From Bacillota bacterium (GTDB lineage: Bacteria; Bacillota; Clostridia; Lachnospirales; Lachnospiraceae), in assembly GCA_023443225.1 (NCBI GenBank), contig JAEZVF010000057.1, positions 1,534 to 25,533 on the forward strand: DNA of 24,000 bases, in the 5' to 3' direction. Position 1 is the stretch's first letter, and each line of letters begins with the position of its first letter. Shown in pieces: positions 1-9,506 of the stretch. The translations under genes and the position numbers were made by a program. The notes under the pieces were generated by a model. The model was given only the letters and a program-made list of their open reading frames with translations, ran no database searches and had not been told where the DNA came from.

Positions 1-176
1 TTATAAGTTATATTGTCTTTACAGTATCTGTTAAATGGTATAATATTACTATGTGTATTTATGTAAAATAGCGCGTTAGTATAGGGTACTTACTGTCTTT
101 GCTTTTTAAACCAATAGTAAATGTTATTCTATTTAAATTACAGCAAGGGGAGCAATATAAGGGAGGTAATGTAATA

Positions 177-911
177 ATGATAATATACTATAGTTCAACT
201 GGTAATTCCAAGCATGTCGCTTTGAGATTACACGAAACATTTAAAGGGGAGCTTATCAATGTCGCTAACTTTGATAAGCCTAACGAATTTTACTTAGATG
301 AGAATGAGACACTATTTATGGTGACTTTTAATTGCTTTTGGGGAATCTCAAATCAGATGGAAACATTCCTTCGAAAAAGTAAATTTTACAACGTAAGCAA
401 AATTGTTGTTATTATCACATGTGGTGGATATCTAGGCGGAGGAGACGGTTCAATTGAAAAATTATTTTCAGAGATAGGACTTCCTAAACCAATCATCTAC
501 TCAATCGCCATGGTCACAAACTATTCAATATTACATAATGTACCATCAGTAGAGTCTCAAAAAAAGAAATTGATTCGCGCAGAAAAAGTTCTTACTAAGA
601 TCATTCAAGGAACACAAAAACCTTATCATAGCAACTGGTTCGTACGACAATTTACGCCTAAGATTCGCATGCAATATGAGAAAGTGCGGATTACTTCACC
701 ATTCACTGTGAATAGTTCTTGCATTAGCTGTGGGCTATGTGAGAAGAATTGTCCTGCACAGGCCATTAAAATGCAAGATAACAAACCATTTTGGGTACTC
801 CCAGAATGTGATAATTGTTTATGTTGCCTACATCATTGTCCTGTTGAAGCAATCAACTATGGAAATGCTACATGCAATCGTTTGAGATATACTTATAAGT
901 CTTACTCTTAA
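177..911 (+). CDS. Flavodoxin-like domain fused to a 2x[4Fe-4S] ferredoxin domain (EFR1-type ferredoxin)
   Basis: The N-terminus MIIYYSSTGNSKHVA is a flavodoxin-like FMN-loop pattern. The C-terminus has two Cys clusters, CISCGLCEKNCP and CDNCLCCLHHCP. I prefer ATG 177 (GGGAGG at 161-166) over the TTG at 99 used in the ORF track. Confidence 0.8.
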   Translation: MIIYYSSTGNSKHVALRLHETFKGELINVANFDKPNEFYLDENETLFMVTFNCFWGISNQMETFLRKSKFYNVSKIVVIITCGGYLGGGDGSIEKLFSEIGLPKPIIYSIAMVTNYSILHNVPSVESQKKKLIRAEKVLTKIIQGTQKPYHSNWFVRQFTPKIRMQYEKVRITSPFTVNSSCISCGLCEKNCPAQAIKMQDNKPFWVLPECDNCLCCLHHCPVEAINYGNATCNRLRYTYKSYS

Positions 912-1008
912 GGAACTTTTATAGCATTACTAACTTAGGTCGAATTCGACTCCTTTACAAGAGTAGATGGCTCAAATATTTTACAAAAATTATGGTGGAG
1001 GTGCTCTG

Positions 1009-1461
1009 ATGATTATTACAAAAGCCAATCAAGATGACTTGCCGCTGATACTTGAATTGCAATATCTTGCATATCAAAGTGAGGCAAAACTATTCGGTAA
1101 CCCAAATATTCCGCCTCTGAAGCAAACATTACAAGACGTTCAGGCAGAATACCAGAAAGGCATTGTGCTGAAAGCCATGGATGAAGACGAAACAATAATT
1201 GCTTCTGTCAGAGCTTATATGGAAAATGGTACTGTCTATATTGGAAAACTAATTGTTCATCCAGCTTGGCAAAGAAAAGGCATTGGAACAAGCCTTCTTT
1301 TGGAAGTTGAGCGGGAATATCCAGATCAAAGATACGAATTATTCACAAGTACCCGTAGTAGGAACAATATAAGGCTTTATGAACGCCTTGGCTATAAAAA
1401 GTTTAGAGAAAGAGCAATAACAGATGAGTTGAACTTTGTCTATCTGGAAAAGAATAGATAG
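1009..1461 (+). CDS. GNAT family N-acetyltransferase
   Basis: The acetyl-CoA binding motif is present (LIVHPAWQRKGIGTSLL, i.e. Q/RxxGxG/A), and the size of about 150 aa fits the family. ATG 1009 is preceded by GGAGG at 997-1001 with a 7-nt spacer. The track start at 967 lacks an RBS. Confidence 0.85.
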   Translation: MIITKANQDDLPLILELQYLAYQSEAKLFGNPNIPPLKQTLQDVQAEYQKGIVLKAMDEDETIIASVRAYMENGTVYIGKLIVHPAWQRKGIGTSLLLEVEREYPDQRYELFTSTRSRNNIRLYERLGYKKFRERAITDELNFVYLEKNR

Positions 1462-1463
1462 CG

Positions 1464-1736
1464 TTGACAAAAGCATATTTAGGGTCGAAAGATTATCAAA
1501 TGAAGTCTTTAGGATTCATAGAGGATTCCCTTGAAAGAAGCAATAATATTGAGATATTTGGTGGTGATTCCGCAAAAGAATCAGCTATCTTATATGCTGC
1601 CCATGAAAATACTGGTCTACCGCCGGAGGGAACCTTTGTATTTTATGATTGTGCAGGTGAAGTTGATGATAAACATGTAGATAGGAAAGGTGATGCTAAT
1701 ATGATCGAATCGATTGCAGGATTTGCGTATGACTGA
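1464..1736 (+). other. Unassigned ORF; its last ~12 codons look like the true N-terminus of the downstream VOC gene
   Basis: The ORF opens with a TTG start and no convincing RBS, and I recognise no family. It runs in frame into ATG 1701, which has its own RBS. The upstream part may be non-coding or a gene remnant. Confidence 0.25.
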
Positions 1737-2068
1737 AAAATGCAGACGAATTGTCAGATTTTTATGTCCAACTTCTTGGTTGGGAAAAAACACTGTCTGG
1801 TGAAGGATGGGCTGGGTTGCGTTCCCCGCAAGGTTGGATTTTAGCTTTCCAGGAGGTAGAGGAGTATATTCCGCCTGTATGGCCATGGAGAGTTGGAGAA
1901 CAACAGCAAATGGCACACATTGATTTTAAAGTAAAGGACTTAGAAGAATCCGTTAACCATGCTTTACAATGTGGTGCAATAAAATGTGAAATACAGTATT
2001 TTGAAGATTCCACAGTGATGTTTGACCCCGAAGGGCATCCATTTTGCCTAAGTACTGCGGAAGAGTAA
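1701..2068 (+). pseudogene. VOC (glyoxalase/bleomycin-resistance fold) family protein, interrupted by a 1-nt frameshift near 1734-1740
   Basis: ORF 1751-2068 encodes ...FYVQLLGWE...PPVWP...MAHIDFKVKDL...DPEGHPFCL, the C-terminal ~105 aa of a ~122-aa VOC protein. The missing first strand (MIESIAGFAYD) lies in the neighbouring frame, starting at ATG 1701 (RBS AAAGGTGA), and ends at TGA 1734-1736. Adding one base after 'gac tg' restores ...FAYDC KNADELSDFYVQLLGW, which matches the family's IDCxD...FY..LGW pattern. The junction sits in an A5 run. Confidence 0.6.
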
Positions 2069-2121
2069 AATACTTCGAACTACAATTTTAATTCGTATGC
2101 AGGGAATTGAGGTAAAATGTG

Positions 2122-2487
2122 ATGGAGAAGTATACAAGAGAAGAAATACAAGAAGCTCTACGAGTTGTATCTTCAAGTATCAATAAATGTGAAAAAATAC
2201 AACCCAAATTTGCGGAAGGTGTCTCTCAACACACACTCCTTAAGAACAGGATAAAAGCGTTGTATATTTCAAAATCATTGATAGAAAATGAAAATGTAAG
2301 AGACAAATATTCAAAAGAAGAATTGATGGAAGCATTAAGACCTATATCATCTATTATTAGCAAATGTGAAAAAGCACAAATGAAATTTGTAGAAGGAACT
2401 TCTAATCACAATCGCTTTAAGAACATGATAAAGGCGATGTATATTGCAAAATCATTCATAACAGATGAAATTAGTATAAGAGATTAA
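2122..2487 (+). CDS. Hypothetical small protein built of two tandem ~55-aa repeats
   Basis: The two halves are clearly homologous: YTREEIQEALRVVSSSINKCEKIQPKFAEGVSQHTLLKNRIKALYISKSLIENE versus YSKEELMEALRPISSIISKCEKAQMKFVEGTSNHNRFKNMIKAMYIAKSFITDE. GAGG lies at 2109-2112. The start could be GTG 2119 or ATG 2122. Confidence 0.6.
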   Translation: MEKYTREEIQEALRVVSSSINKCEKIQPKFAEGVSQHTLLKNRIKALYISKSLIENENVRDKYSKEELMEALRPISSIISKCEKAQMKFVEGTSNHNRFKNMIKAMYIAKSFITDEISIRD

Positions 2488-2523
2488 GCCAAAGGAATAG
2501 CATTTTTACCGGGAGGTACATAA

Positions 2524-3102
2524 ATGAATAATGATAGAAATTGGACTGTTTTATTTATCGGTGGGGCTTCGGGAACAGGCAAATCAAGCATAGCTTATGA
2601 AATTGCCAGGTTTTATGGCGTGAATGTCTTGGAAGTAGATGATGTTCACCTATCGGTAGAAACAGTTACAACAAAGGAACAATATCCTGCAATACATTAT
2701 TGGAATACTGGGGTAGATTGGAAAAACATTGGAGTTGATGGTAATGTTAACTGGCTGATTGATGTTGGCAAGGAAATGATACCTGTATTAAAAGAACTTG
2801 CAAATAGGCACATTGAGGATAAAGTTCCTATTATTATTGAGGGTGATTTTATCAATCCCGATTTTACAATATCTTTTGATAATCCAGAAGTAAAATCAAT
2901 TTTTGTGAATGAATCAGACATGAATCAAATATTACAGAATTACTTATCAAGAGAAGCTGACGATTTACAACATTACAGAGCCGAAATAAGTATCGCATAT
3001 GGGAAGTGGATAACAGATACTTGTAATCAGAATAATATTAGAGTAATCGAGTCAAGGCCATGGGATACTGTTTTAACGAGAACCATAAAAAGTTTATTGT
3101 GA
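2524..3102 (+). CDS. P-loop NTPase / small-molecule or nucleotide kinase-like protein
   Basis: A Walker A motif GGASGTGKSS lies near the N-terminus. The ~190-aa size is typical of adenylate/2-phosphoglycerate-kinase-like P-loop kinases. A strong RBS GGGAGG precedes ATG 2524. Confidence 0.7.
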   Translation: MNNDRNWTVLFIGGASGTGKSSIAYEIARFYGVNVLEVDDVHLSVETVTTKEQYPAIHYWNTGVDWKNIGVDGNVNWLIDVGKEMIPVLKELANRHIEDKVPIIIEGDFINPDFTISFDNPEVKSIFVNESDMNQILQNYLSREADDLQHYRAEISIAYGKWITDTCNQNNIRVIESRPWDTVLTRTIKSLL

Positions 3103-3132
3103 TGCAATGATTTATAAATTAATAGTTTAAGA

Positions 3133-3186
3133 AAAAGACTAGATAGGTGCTGTACAAGTTGAGCTTGTGTACAAATCTAGTCTTTT
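3133..3186 (+). terminator. Long nested hairpin terminator after the kinase-like gene
   Basis: aaaagactagat (3133-3144) pairs with atctagtctttt (3175-3186). An inner stem forms from tgtacaag / cttgtgtaca. The T-run is part of the 3' arm. Confidence 0.7.
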
Positions 3187-3271
3187 CCTATTTATGCGTC
3201 CAACATGGATTCTTCTAAAATATGGAAGTATCAAATCTAGGTAAAGTTTTAGTAAAATTTTATTAATTCTA

Positions 3272-3300
3272 TTGATTTACAAAATAAACTAAATTATAAT
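3272..3300 (+). promoter_or_regulatory. Sigma-A type promoter for the LacI-family regulator / phn-like operon
   Basis: TTGATT (3272-3277), a 17-nt spacer, then TATAAT (3295-3300), ending 20 nt upstream of ATG 3320. Confidence 0.55.
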
Positions 3301-3319
3301 AAGTTTGAGGTGATAAAAA

Positions 3320-4285
3320 ATGGCAACTATTAAAGAAATAGCTACCCTGGCAAATGTATCTATGGCTACAGTATCCAGAGTGCTAAATAAAGATAAACAA
3401 ATCGTTGTTTCTGACCTAGTAAAAAATCAGATTTTTACAATTGCTCATGAACTTGGGTATGTTCCGCCAAAATTTCGCAGGATTCCTCTCGAAAATGGTA
3501 TTACGATTGGTGTCGCCGACTGGCATATTATCCGCCCTGACAGGACTAATCAGAAACTATCAGATTTTTCAAATATGGCGAAACGTTTCTGCAAGACACC
3601 TGTAAAATTTGTACCGGTATGTTTTGCACAGGATATATCAGTAGATGGCATTATTGCCTTAGGAAATTTCACAGAAGAGGAAGTTAACTTTTTAGAAAGC
3701 AAGTCCTGCTTTATTCTCTTTCTGGATTCCAATCAATGTGGTTATCAATATGATCGAATATTAATTGACCACAATGAAGGAATCAAAAGAATGATCCGTT
3801 ATTTCATTGATGAAAAGCACTATTCTTCTATTGGATATATTGGGGGAATTTTTGAGAGCCAAAATATAGTAATTGGGAAAACCCGTAGCAGTTCTTTTCG
3901 AGAATTATTGAAGGAAGAAGGATGTTATAATGCAGAGAGTTTTTTAGTAGGAGATATGACCAGTAAAAACAGTTATCAGCTTGTAAAAAAAATGATTCAG
4001 GATCATGTGCTTCCAAGGGCACTTTTGATTGGAAATGATGAAATTGTAGAAGAGGTAGTCACAGCATTAGAAGAGGAAGATATTTTTATTCCAGATGAGA
4101 TTGAAATAATCGTATATAAAGATATTGAAACATTGTTATCCCACAATACAACCTGCTCATCGATTCAAGTTTATACGGACTTTATGTGGGAAAATGCGAT
4201 TAAAGTGCTTTTAGAAAGGATAAGTGGTAAACGTACAGAGACCCTTACCCTTACCTTTCCCTCAAAACTTGTGATGAACAAATAA
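3320..4285 (+). CDS. LacI/PurR family transcriptional regulator
   Basis: The N-terminal HTH MATIKEIATLANVSMATVSRVLN is the canonical LacI-family signature. It is followed by a ~260-aa periplasmic-binding-protein-like effector domain. RBS is GAGGTGA. Confidence 0.85.
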   Translation: MATIKEIATLANVSMATVSRVLNKDKQIVVSDLVKNQIFTIAHELGYVPPKFRRIPLENGITIGVADWHIIRPDRTNQKLSDFSNMAKRFCKTPVKFVPVCFAQDISVDGIIALGNFTEEEVNFLESKSCFILFLDSNQCGYQYDRILIDHNEGIKRMIRYFIDEKHYSSIGYIGGIFESQNIVIGKTRSSSFRELLKEEGCYNAESFLVGDMTSKNSYQLVKKMIQDHVLPRALLIGNDEIVEEVVTALEEEDIFIPDEIEIIVYKDIETLLSHNTTCSSIQVYTDFMWENAIKVLLERISGKRTETLTLTFPSKLVMNK

Positions 4286-4348
4286 AGATTTGAAGCTGGC
4301 CACTTTAAATAGATGAACTAATTAACACAGAATATTCAGGAGGTTAAC

Positions 4349-5458
4349 ATGAAAAGATTATCAATGATTCTTGTGCTAGCTTTAGTTATAGGGTTATTAA
4401 GCGGATGCACTAAAGCTCAAAAAGAAACAACAGGAAAAACAGTAGCTGTAGCAGAAAAAGAAAGTAAAGAGGTTTCAGAGGAAACAGATACTTCAGAAGC
4501 AGCAGCACCAGAGGAAGTATCGATTGAGAAGTTATCAGTCGCATTTGTACCATCTAGAGACCCTGGTGAAATTGTAACGGTAACTGAACCATTAAAAGAA
4601 TTATTAAAAGGGGAGTTAAAGAATTTTGGTTACAATGTAGGTGAAGTTGAAATAACGGTAGGTACTAGTTATGAAGCAGTTGGAGAAGCCTTAAGTGCAG
4701 GCACGGCAGATGTTGGATTAGTTCCAGGAGGAACCTATGTAATGTATGACGATGGTGCAGAGGTAATACTTACAGCCACACGTGATTCTTTGAGCAAAGA
4801 TTCAGATAACGCAAAGGACTGGAATGATGGTCTTCCAACAGAAGTTTCCTCTGAACAGGCAGTTTCTTATCGTGCATTGGTGATTGCTGGACCATCGCAA
4901 AAAGGTCAGGAGTTGGCAACAAAGGTAAACAATGGAGAGGAACTAACATGGGAAGATTTGAATAGTGCTAATTGGAGTGTTATGTCAACTACTTCGCCAG
5001 CAGGTTACATATATCCTACAATCTGGCTTCAAGATAATTATGGAAAGTCTATTACAGATTTATCTAATGTAGTTACTGCTGATTCTTATGGAAGTGCGAT
5101 GGCACGTCTTGCTTCCGGTCAGATCGATATTATGGTAAGTTATGCGGATGTTCGTAGAGATAATGAAGAAAAATGGACAACAGAATTCGGACGTACGGAA
5201 TCTATTTGGAAAGAAACAAATGTCATAGGGGTAACACCTGCTATCTATAACGATACTGTAAGCGTAAGTAAAAACTCTGAAATTATGACAGATGAATTAA
5301 AAACTGCACTACAGCAAGCATTTATTAACATTGGAAAGACAGATGAGGGTAAACAGGTAATTAGCGTATATTCTCATATGGGATATCAGGTAGCCAAAGA
5401 TTCTGATTATAATAATGAAAGAAAAGCACAGGAAATTGTTCAGAATATGGGTAACTAA
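4349..5458 (+). CDS. phnD: PhnD-family (phosphonate/phosphite/organophosphate) ABC transporter substrate-binding lipoprotein
   Basis: A signal peptide ends in the lipobox LLSGC. An acidic linker (EETDTSEAAAPEE) follows. The body resembles PhnD-type binding proteins (VAFVPS..., TSPAGYIYP). It sits directly upstream of phnC/phnE homologues. Confidence 0.8.
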   Translation: MKRLSMILVLALVIGLLSGCTKAQKETTGKTVAVAEKESKEVSEETDTSEAAAPEEVSIEKLSVAFVPSRDPGEIVTVTEPLKELLKGELKNFGYNVGEVEITVGTSYEAVGEALSAGTADVGLVPGGTYVMYDDGAEVILTATRDSLSKDSDNAKDWNDGLPTEVSSEQAVSYRALVIAGPSQKGQELATKVNNGEELTWEDLNSANWSVMSTTSPAGYIYPTIWLQDNYGKSITDLSNVVTADSYGSAMARLASGQIDIMVSYADVRRDNEEKWTTEFGRTESIWKETNVIGVTPAIYNDTVSVSKNSEIMTDELKTALQQAFINIGKTDEGKQVISVYSHMGYQVAKDSDYNNERKAQEIVQNMGN

Positions 5459-5477
5459 CCTTAGTATTTAAAACCAG

Positions 5478-5508
5478 GTAAGGGTGCTGCATTTAGTAGT
5501 ACCCTTAC
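5478..5508 (+). promoter_or_regulatory. Intra-operon hairpin between the binding-protein and ATPase genes
   Basis: gtaagggtgct (5478-5488) pairs with agtacccttac (5498-5508), 10 of 11 bp. No T-run follows. It is probably an mRNA-stabilising or partial-attenuation element that favours binding-protein expression. Confidence 0.4.
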
Positions 5509-5531
5509 GTTATACATAGGAGAGGAATTTT

Positions 5532-6293
5532 ATGATTAAATTCGAACATGTAAGCAAAATTTATAGTAATGGTTGTAAAGGTCTTGATGATGTTAGTTTA
5601 ACAATAGAGCAGGGGGAATTTGTAGCAATAATTGGTTCATCCGGTGCAGGAAAATCAACGCTGATTCGCACAATCAACAGAATGCATAATATTACAGAAG
5701 GTACATTGATCGTAGACGGAGTTGATGTTAATACCCTTCGTGGAAAACACTTAAGACAATTTCGACGTAACATAGGAATGATTTTTCAATCCTTTAATCT
5801 AATCATACGAACCACAGTTATTAAAAATGTATTGACATCCAAGGTTCCTGGGATGCCATGGTGGCGCTCTTTAACCGGGACTTTTACAAAGGTAGAAAAG
5901 ATTTCTGCACTTGAAGCTTTAGACAAAGTGGGGATTTTAGATAAAGCATACTCTAGAGTGGATCAATTATCAGGAGGTCAGCAACAGAGAGTTGCCCTGG
6001 CAAGAACCTTAGCACAGAATCCATCAATTATTCTGGCAGATGAACCTGTTGCTGCCTTAGACCCTGTAACGGCAAAACAGGTTATGGATGATTTTAAGGG
6101 TATCAATAAAGAATTTAAAATTACTGTTTTAATTAATATCCATCATGTAGATTTGGCTCTTGCTTATGCGAGGCGAGTGATTGGTATTCGCGAAGGTAAG
6201 ATTGTTTATGATGGCCCAGCTGAAAGAGTAGATGATTCCGTTCTGAGTACAATTTATCATGGTGAAAAGATAGAAAAAAGGGAGGTTGGCTGA
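5532..6293 (+). CDS. phnC: Phosphonate-type ABC transporter ATP-binding protein
   Basis: Walker A GSSGAGKST, ABC signature LSGGQQQR and Walker B ILADEP are present. The overall sequence is typical of PhnC (MIKFEHVSKIY...). Confidence 0.9.
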   Translation: MIKFEHVSKIYSNGCKGLDDVSLTIEQGEFVAIIGSSGAGKSTLIRTINRMHNITEGTLIVDGVDVNTLRGKHLRQFRRNIGMIFQSFNLIIRTTVIKNVLTSKVPGMPWWRSLTGTFTKVEKISALEALDKVGILDKAYSRVDQLSGGQQQRVALARTLAQNPSIILADEPVAALDPVTAKQVMDDFKGINKEFKITVLINIHHVDLALAYARRVIGIREGKIVYDGPAERVDDSVLSTIYHGEKIEKREVG

Positions 6294-7114
6294 TGAACAT
6301 CGTTAAAAAGAATCATAGAGAGAATGCGATAACCCTTTCTAATGGAAAAAAAGTAATACAGCCACCTTCCTATACAATACCTATACTCTTCCTTCTGTTA
6401 CTTGCAATTGGAATATCTGTAAAAATCACAGGGTTTGACTTTGTCGTCCTATTGAAACGAGGAGAACAATTTTTTGTTATTCTCATACAAATGATACCCC
6501 CAGATTTTTCTTATCTGTCTAATATTTGGGGACCTTTGTTTGATACGATGAAAATGTCAATATTAGGTTCTGTGATTGGTGCTGTAGTTGCAATTCCTTT
6601 CTCCGTCGCAGCATCAAGTAATATCATAAAAAATCCTGTTCTAATTAGTCTGATTCGCTTGTTTCTAAGTATTATTCGAACGCTCCCTACACTGGTTTCT
6701 GCCTTGATTGCCACTTATGTTTTCGGACTTGGCACCTTTGCAGGGACTACAGCCATAGCAGTATTTACTTTTGCTTATGTAGGAAAACTTTTATATGAAC
6801 AAATTGAAACAGTAGATATGGGAAGTTATGAAGCACTTGAGGCCTTAGGCGCCACAAAATTTCATTCGTTTTTATACGCCGTCGTACCCAGCATTTTACC
6901 AGGATACCTATCGAATTGTCTGTTTTGTTTTGAAGGGAACGTAAGATATGCCTCTATTCTAGGCTATGTGGGTGCTGGTGGCCTTGGAATGATATTAAAT
7001 GAGAAGATCGGCTGGAGAGAATATAATAAAGTTGGTATGATACTCCTTGCCTTGTTTCTTACTGTTATATTGATAGAATATATCAGCTATAGGATTCGCG
7101 AGAAACTCGTCTAA
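6293..7114 (+). CDS. phnE: Phosphonate-type ABC transporter permease
   Basis: This is a multi-pass membrane protein with the PhnE-like C-terminal motif ASILGYVGAGGLG. Its start overlaps the phnC stop (TGATG at 6291-6295). Confidence 0.85.
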   Translation: MNIVKKNHRENAITLSNGKKVIQPPSYTIPILFLLLLAIGISVKITGFDFVVLLKRGEQFFVILIQMIPPDFSYLSNIWGPLFDTMKMSILGSVIGAVVAIPFSVAASSNIIKNPVLISLIRLFLSIIRTLPTLVSALIATYVFGLGTFAGTTAIAVFTFAYVGKLLYEQIETVDMGSYEALEALGATKFHSFLYAVVPSILPGYLSNCLFCFEGNVRYASILGYVGAGGLGMILNEKIGWREYNKVGMILLALFLTVILIEYISYRIREKLV

Positions 7115-7129
7115 ATGGGGGAAATAAGA

Positions 7130-7939
7130 ATGAATGAAAAAATATTAACGAAACTTGGTCAAGAAAAGTCTTCCTTACCACGCAAACTAAGTTTATTCAT
7201 ACTAGTATTCGCAATGCTTGTATGGAGTAGGACCGGAGTGAGGATTACAAGTACAGGGAGTGATGGTATCTCGGTAGCAATCAATATCATCAAGGGGATT
7301 TTTACTCCATCTACGAAGCTTTTATTTGATTTTTCAACCTCTGGAGTTGCATATTTACTTTTAGAAACTATTTGTATTGCATTTCTTGGTACTTTAGTTG
7401 GAGGAGTCTTAGCACTTCCTTTTTCCTTTCTTGGCGCTTCTAACATTGTACCAAAGCCTATTGCTTTTATTAGTCATATGACGGTTATGGCTATTCGCAC
7501 CATACCTCCTTTTGTCTATGGACTAATGTTTATTCGCGTGACAGGTCCTGGAGCTTTTGCAGGTCTTCTTACCATGAGTCTTTCCTCTATTGGGATGGTC
7601 TCCAAAATGTATATTGAATCGATAGAAGATTTGGACAAAGGAATATTAGAATCATTAGATGCCGGAGGGTGTAATTTGTTTCAGAAGATTCGCTATGGAA
7701 TTCTACCACAGCTTATGCCTGATTTTGCATCAACCATTCTTTATCGTTTTGACATGAACTTACGTGATGCCACAGTACTGGGTTTGGTTGGTGCAGGCGG
7801 CATAGGAGCACCACTAATCTTTGCCATGAACGCTTACAAATGGAATGAGGTAGGTGCTATACTGGTTGGTTTGATTATCTTAATCCTCCTAATAGAAGTA
7901 GCTTCATCAAAAATAAGAAATAAATTAGTAAGAGGATAG
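7130..7939 (+). CDS. phnE: Second phosphonate-type ABC transporter permease
   Basis: This is a paralogue of the preceding permease (ATVLGLVGAGGIG). ATG 7130 has GGGGGA 7 nt upstream. ATG 7115, abutting the previous stop, is an alternative start. Confidence 0.85.
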   Translation: MNEKILTKLGQEKSSLPRKLSLFILVFAMLVWSRTGVRITSTGSDGISVAINIIKGIFTPSTKLLFDFSTSGVAYLLLETICIAFLGTLVGGVLALPFSFLGASNIVPKPIAFISHMTVMAIRTIPPFVYGLMFIRVTGPGAFAGLLTMSLSSIGMVSKMYIESIEDLDKGILESLDAGGCNLFQKIRYGILPQLMPDFASTILYRFDMNLRDATVLGLVGAGGIGAPLIFAMNAYKWNEVGAILVGLIILILLIEVASSKIRNKLVRG

Positions 7940-7943
7940 TATA

Positions 7944-9461
7944 TTGAAAAAACAATTTAAGATTTTTTACACTTCCGATACCCATGGTGCAGTATTCCAG
8001 AATTCAACGGATGAGAAGCCGGATGGGTTATTGCAATGTATACACCAATTCCATAAGGATGGAAACACCTTAATTCTCGATGGTGGAGATACGATTCAGG
8101 GGTCTCCAATTAGTAAATATCTATGGGAGCATCATGAATTTGAAGAGGTCATCCCTTATGTTTTTAATTCTGCAGCATATGATTACTATACTCTTGGAAA
8201 CCATGATTTTAATTACGGTTATGAGGGACTAACAAAATACATTAATAGCATGAAAGCAAAGTGTTTGGCAGCTAATGTATTTGACGAAACAGATACACTC
8301 TCGATTCTCCCTTATACAATACATACTTTGGAAAACGGATTAAGAATTGGCATCTGTGGAATCGTCACAGACTGTGTTAATCTGTGGGAGTCAAAAGAAA
8401 ACTTGAAGCATTTAAAGATTACAGAAGGTATCTTAGCTGCCAAAAAGGTTTATGAGGAGATTTTAGATCATTGTGATTTTACCATTTGTGTGTATCATGG
8501 AGGATTTGAATGTGATTTAGACAGTGGGATTAGGCTGACTGAAGGAAATGAAAATATTGGATATGAAATATGCAAAGAGCTGAATTATGATTTACTTCTC
8601 ACGGCTCATCAGCATATGGAGATACAGGGAAGGTACTTATTTGGTACGTACACTCTTCAGGTGCCGGCAAATGCTGTGAAGTATGCTAGGATCGTAGTTG
8701 AGGAGGAGAATGGAAAATTCCAAATTACTTCAGATCTCCTTACTCCCAAAGGTGACTATTCAAAGAGTCTCATGGAATACTTAAGTCCCATAAAGAAGAA
8801 AGTTGATTACTGGCTTTCCACTCCTGTTGGTACCTTAAAGACGCCTATACCTCCGACACCCCTTTTAGAAAGAGCAATCAAAGGTTCAAAGCTTGCTGAT
8901 CTTGCAAATATGGTACAATTAGCTGAGACTGGAGCCGATATTTCATGTGCCGGTTTATCTAATACTATTTTGAGTATTGACAAAGAAGTATCTCTCAATG
9001 ATGTATTGGAGATGTTTCCTTTTGCAAATGCTACAGTTGTATTGGAAGTGAAAGGTGAAATTTTAAAAATGGCATTAGAACGGTGTGCTTCCTATTTTGA
9101 ACTATTGGATGGTGAAGTTATCATATCAGATAGATTTATTAAGCCAAAAGAAGAACACTATAATTATGATTACTATGCAGGTGTTACCTATACAATTAAT
9201 CTTAAGGCGCCTGTAGGAGAAAGGGTTTCAAATGTTAAGGTGAAAGGAAAACCACTGGACAATTCTACCTATCAACTTGCCATGAGCAATTACCGTACAA
9301 CAGGGACAGGCGGTTATGATTTTTTTCGTAAGTGTAAGATAACTTATGTTAGTAAAACAGATTTTCAGCAGTCTGTGATATGGTATCTGAAACATCATTC
9401 AGAACTTATAATTCCAGATATGGGAGGAATAGAATTAAAGGGGTATTCTTTTATCAAATAA
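7944..9461 (+). CDS. Bifunctional metallophosphoesterase / 5'-nucleotidase family protein, apparently cytoplasmic
   Basis: Calcineurin-like motifs are present (SDTHG, GGDTIQGS, GNHDFNYG, HGG), together with a C-terminal 5'-nucleotidase substrate-binding domain (NYRTTGTGGYDFF). TTG start with AAGAGGA 7 nt upstream. No signal peptide or lipobox is visible. Confidence 0.85.
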   Translation: MKKQFKIFYTSDTHGAVFQNSTDEKPDGLLQCIHQFHKDGNTLILDGGDTIQGSPISKYLWEHHEFEEVIPYVFNSAAYDYYTLGNHDFNYGYEGLTKYINSMKAKCLAANVFDETDTLSILPYTIHTLENGLRIGICGIVTDCVNLWESKENLKHLKITEGILAAKKVYEEILDHCDFTICVYHGGFECDLDSGIRLTEGNENIGYEICKELNYDLLLTAHQHMEIQGRYLFGTYTLQVPANAVKYARIVVEEENGKFQITSDLLTPKGDYSKSLMEYLSPIKKKVDYWLSTPVGTLKTPIPPTPLLERAIKGSKLADLANMVQLAETGADISCAGLSNTILSIDKEVSLNDVLEMFPFANATVVLEVKGEILKMALERCASYFELLDGEVIISDRFIKPKEEHYNYDYYAGVTYTINLKAPVGERVSNVKVKGKPLDNSTYQLAMSNYRTTGTGGYDFFRKCKITYVSKTDFQQSVIWYLKHHSELIIPDMGGIELKGYSFIK

Positions 9462-9506
9462 ACATTAAAATAATAGAATGTAAAAAGGTGAATATTAGAT
9501 CTATGT

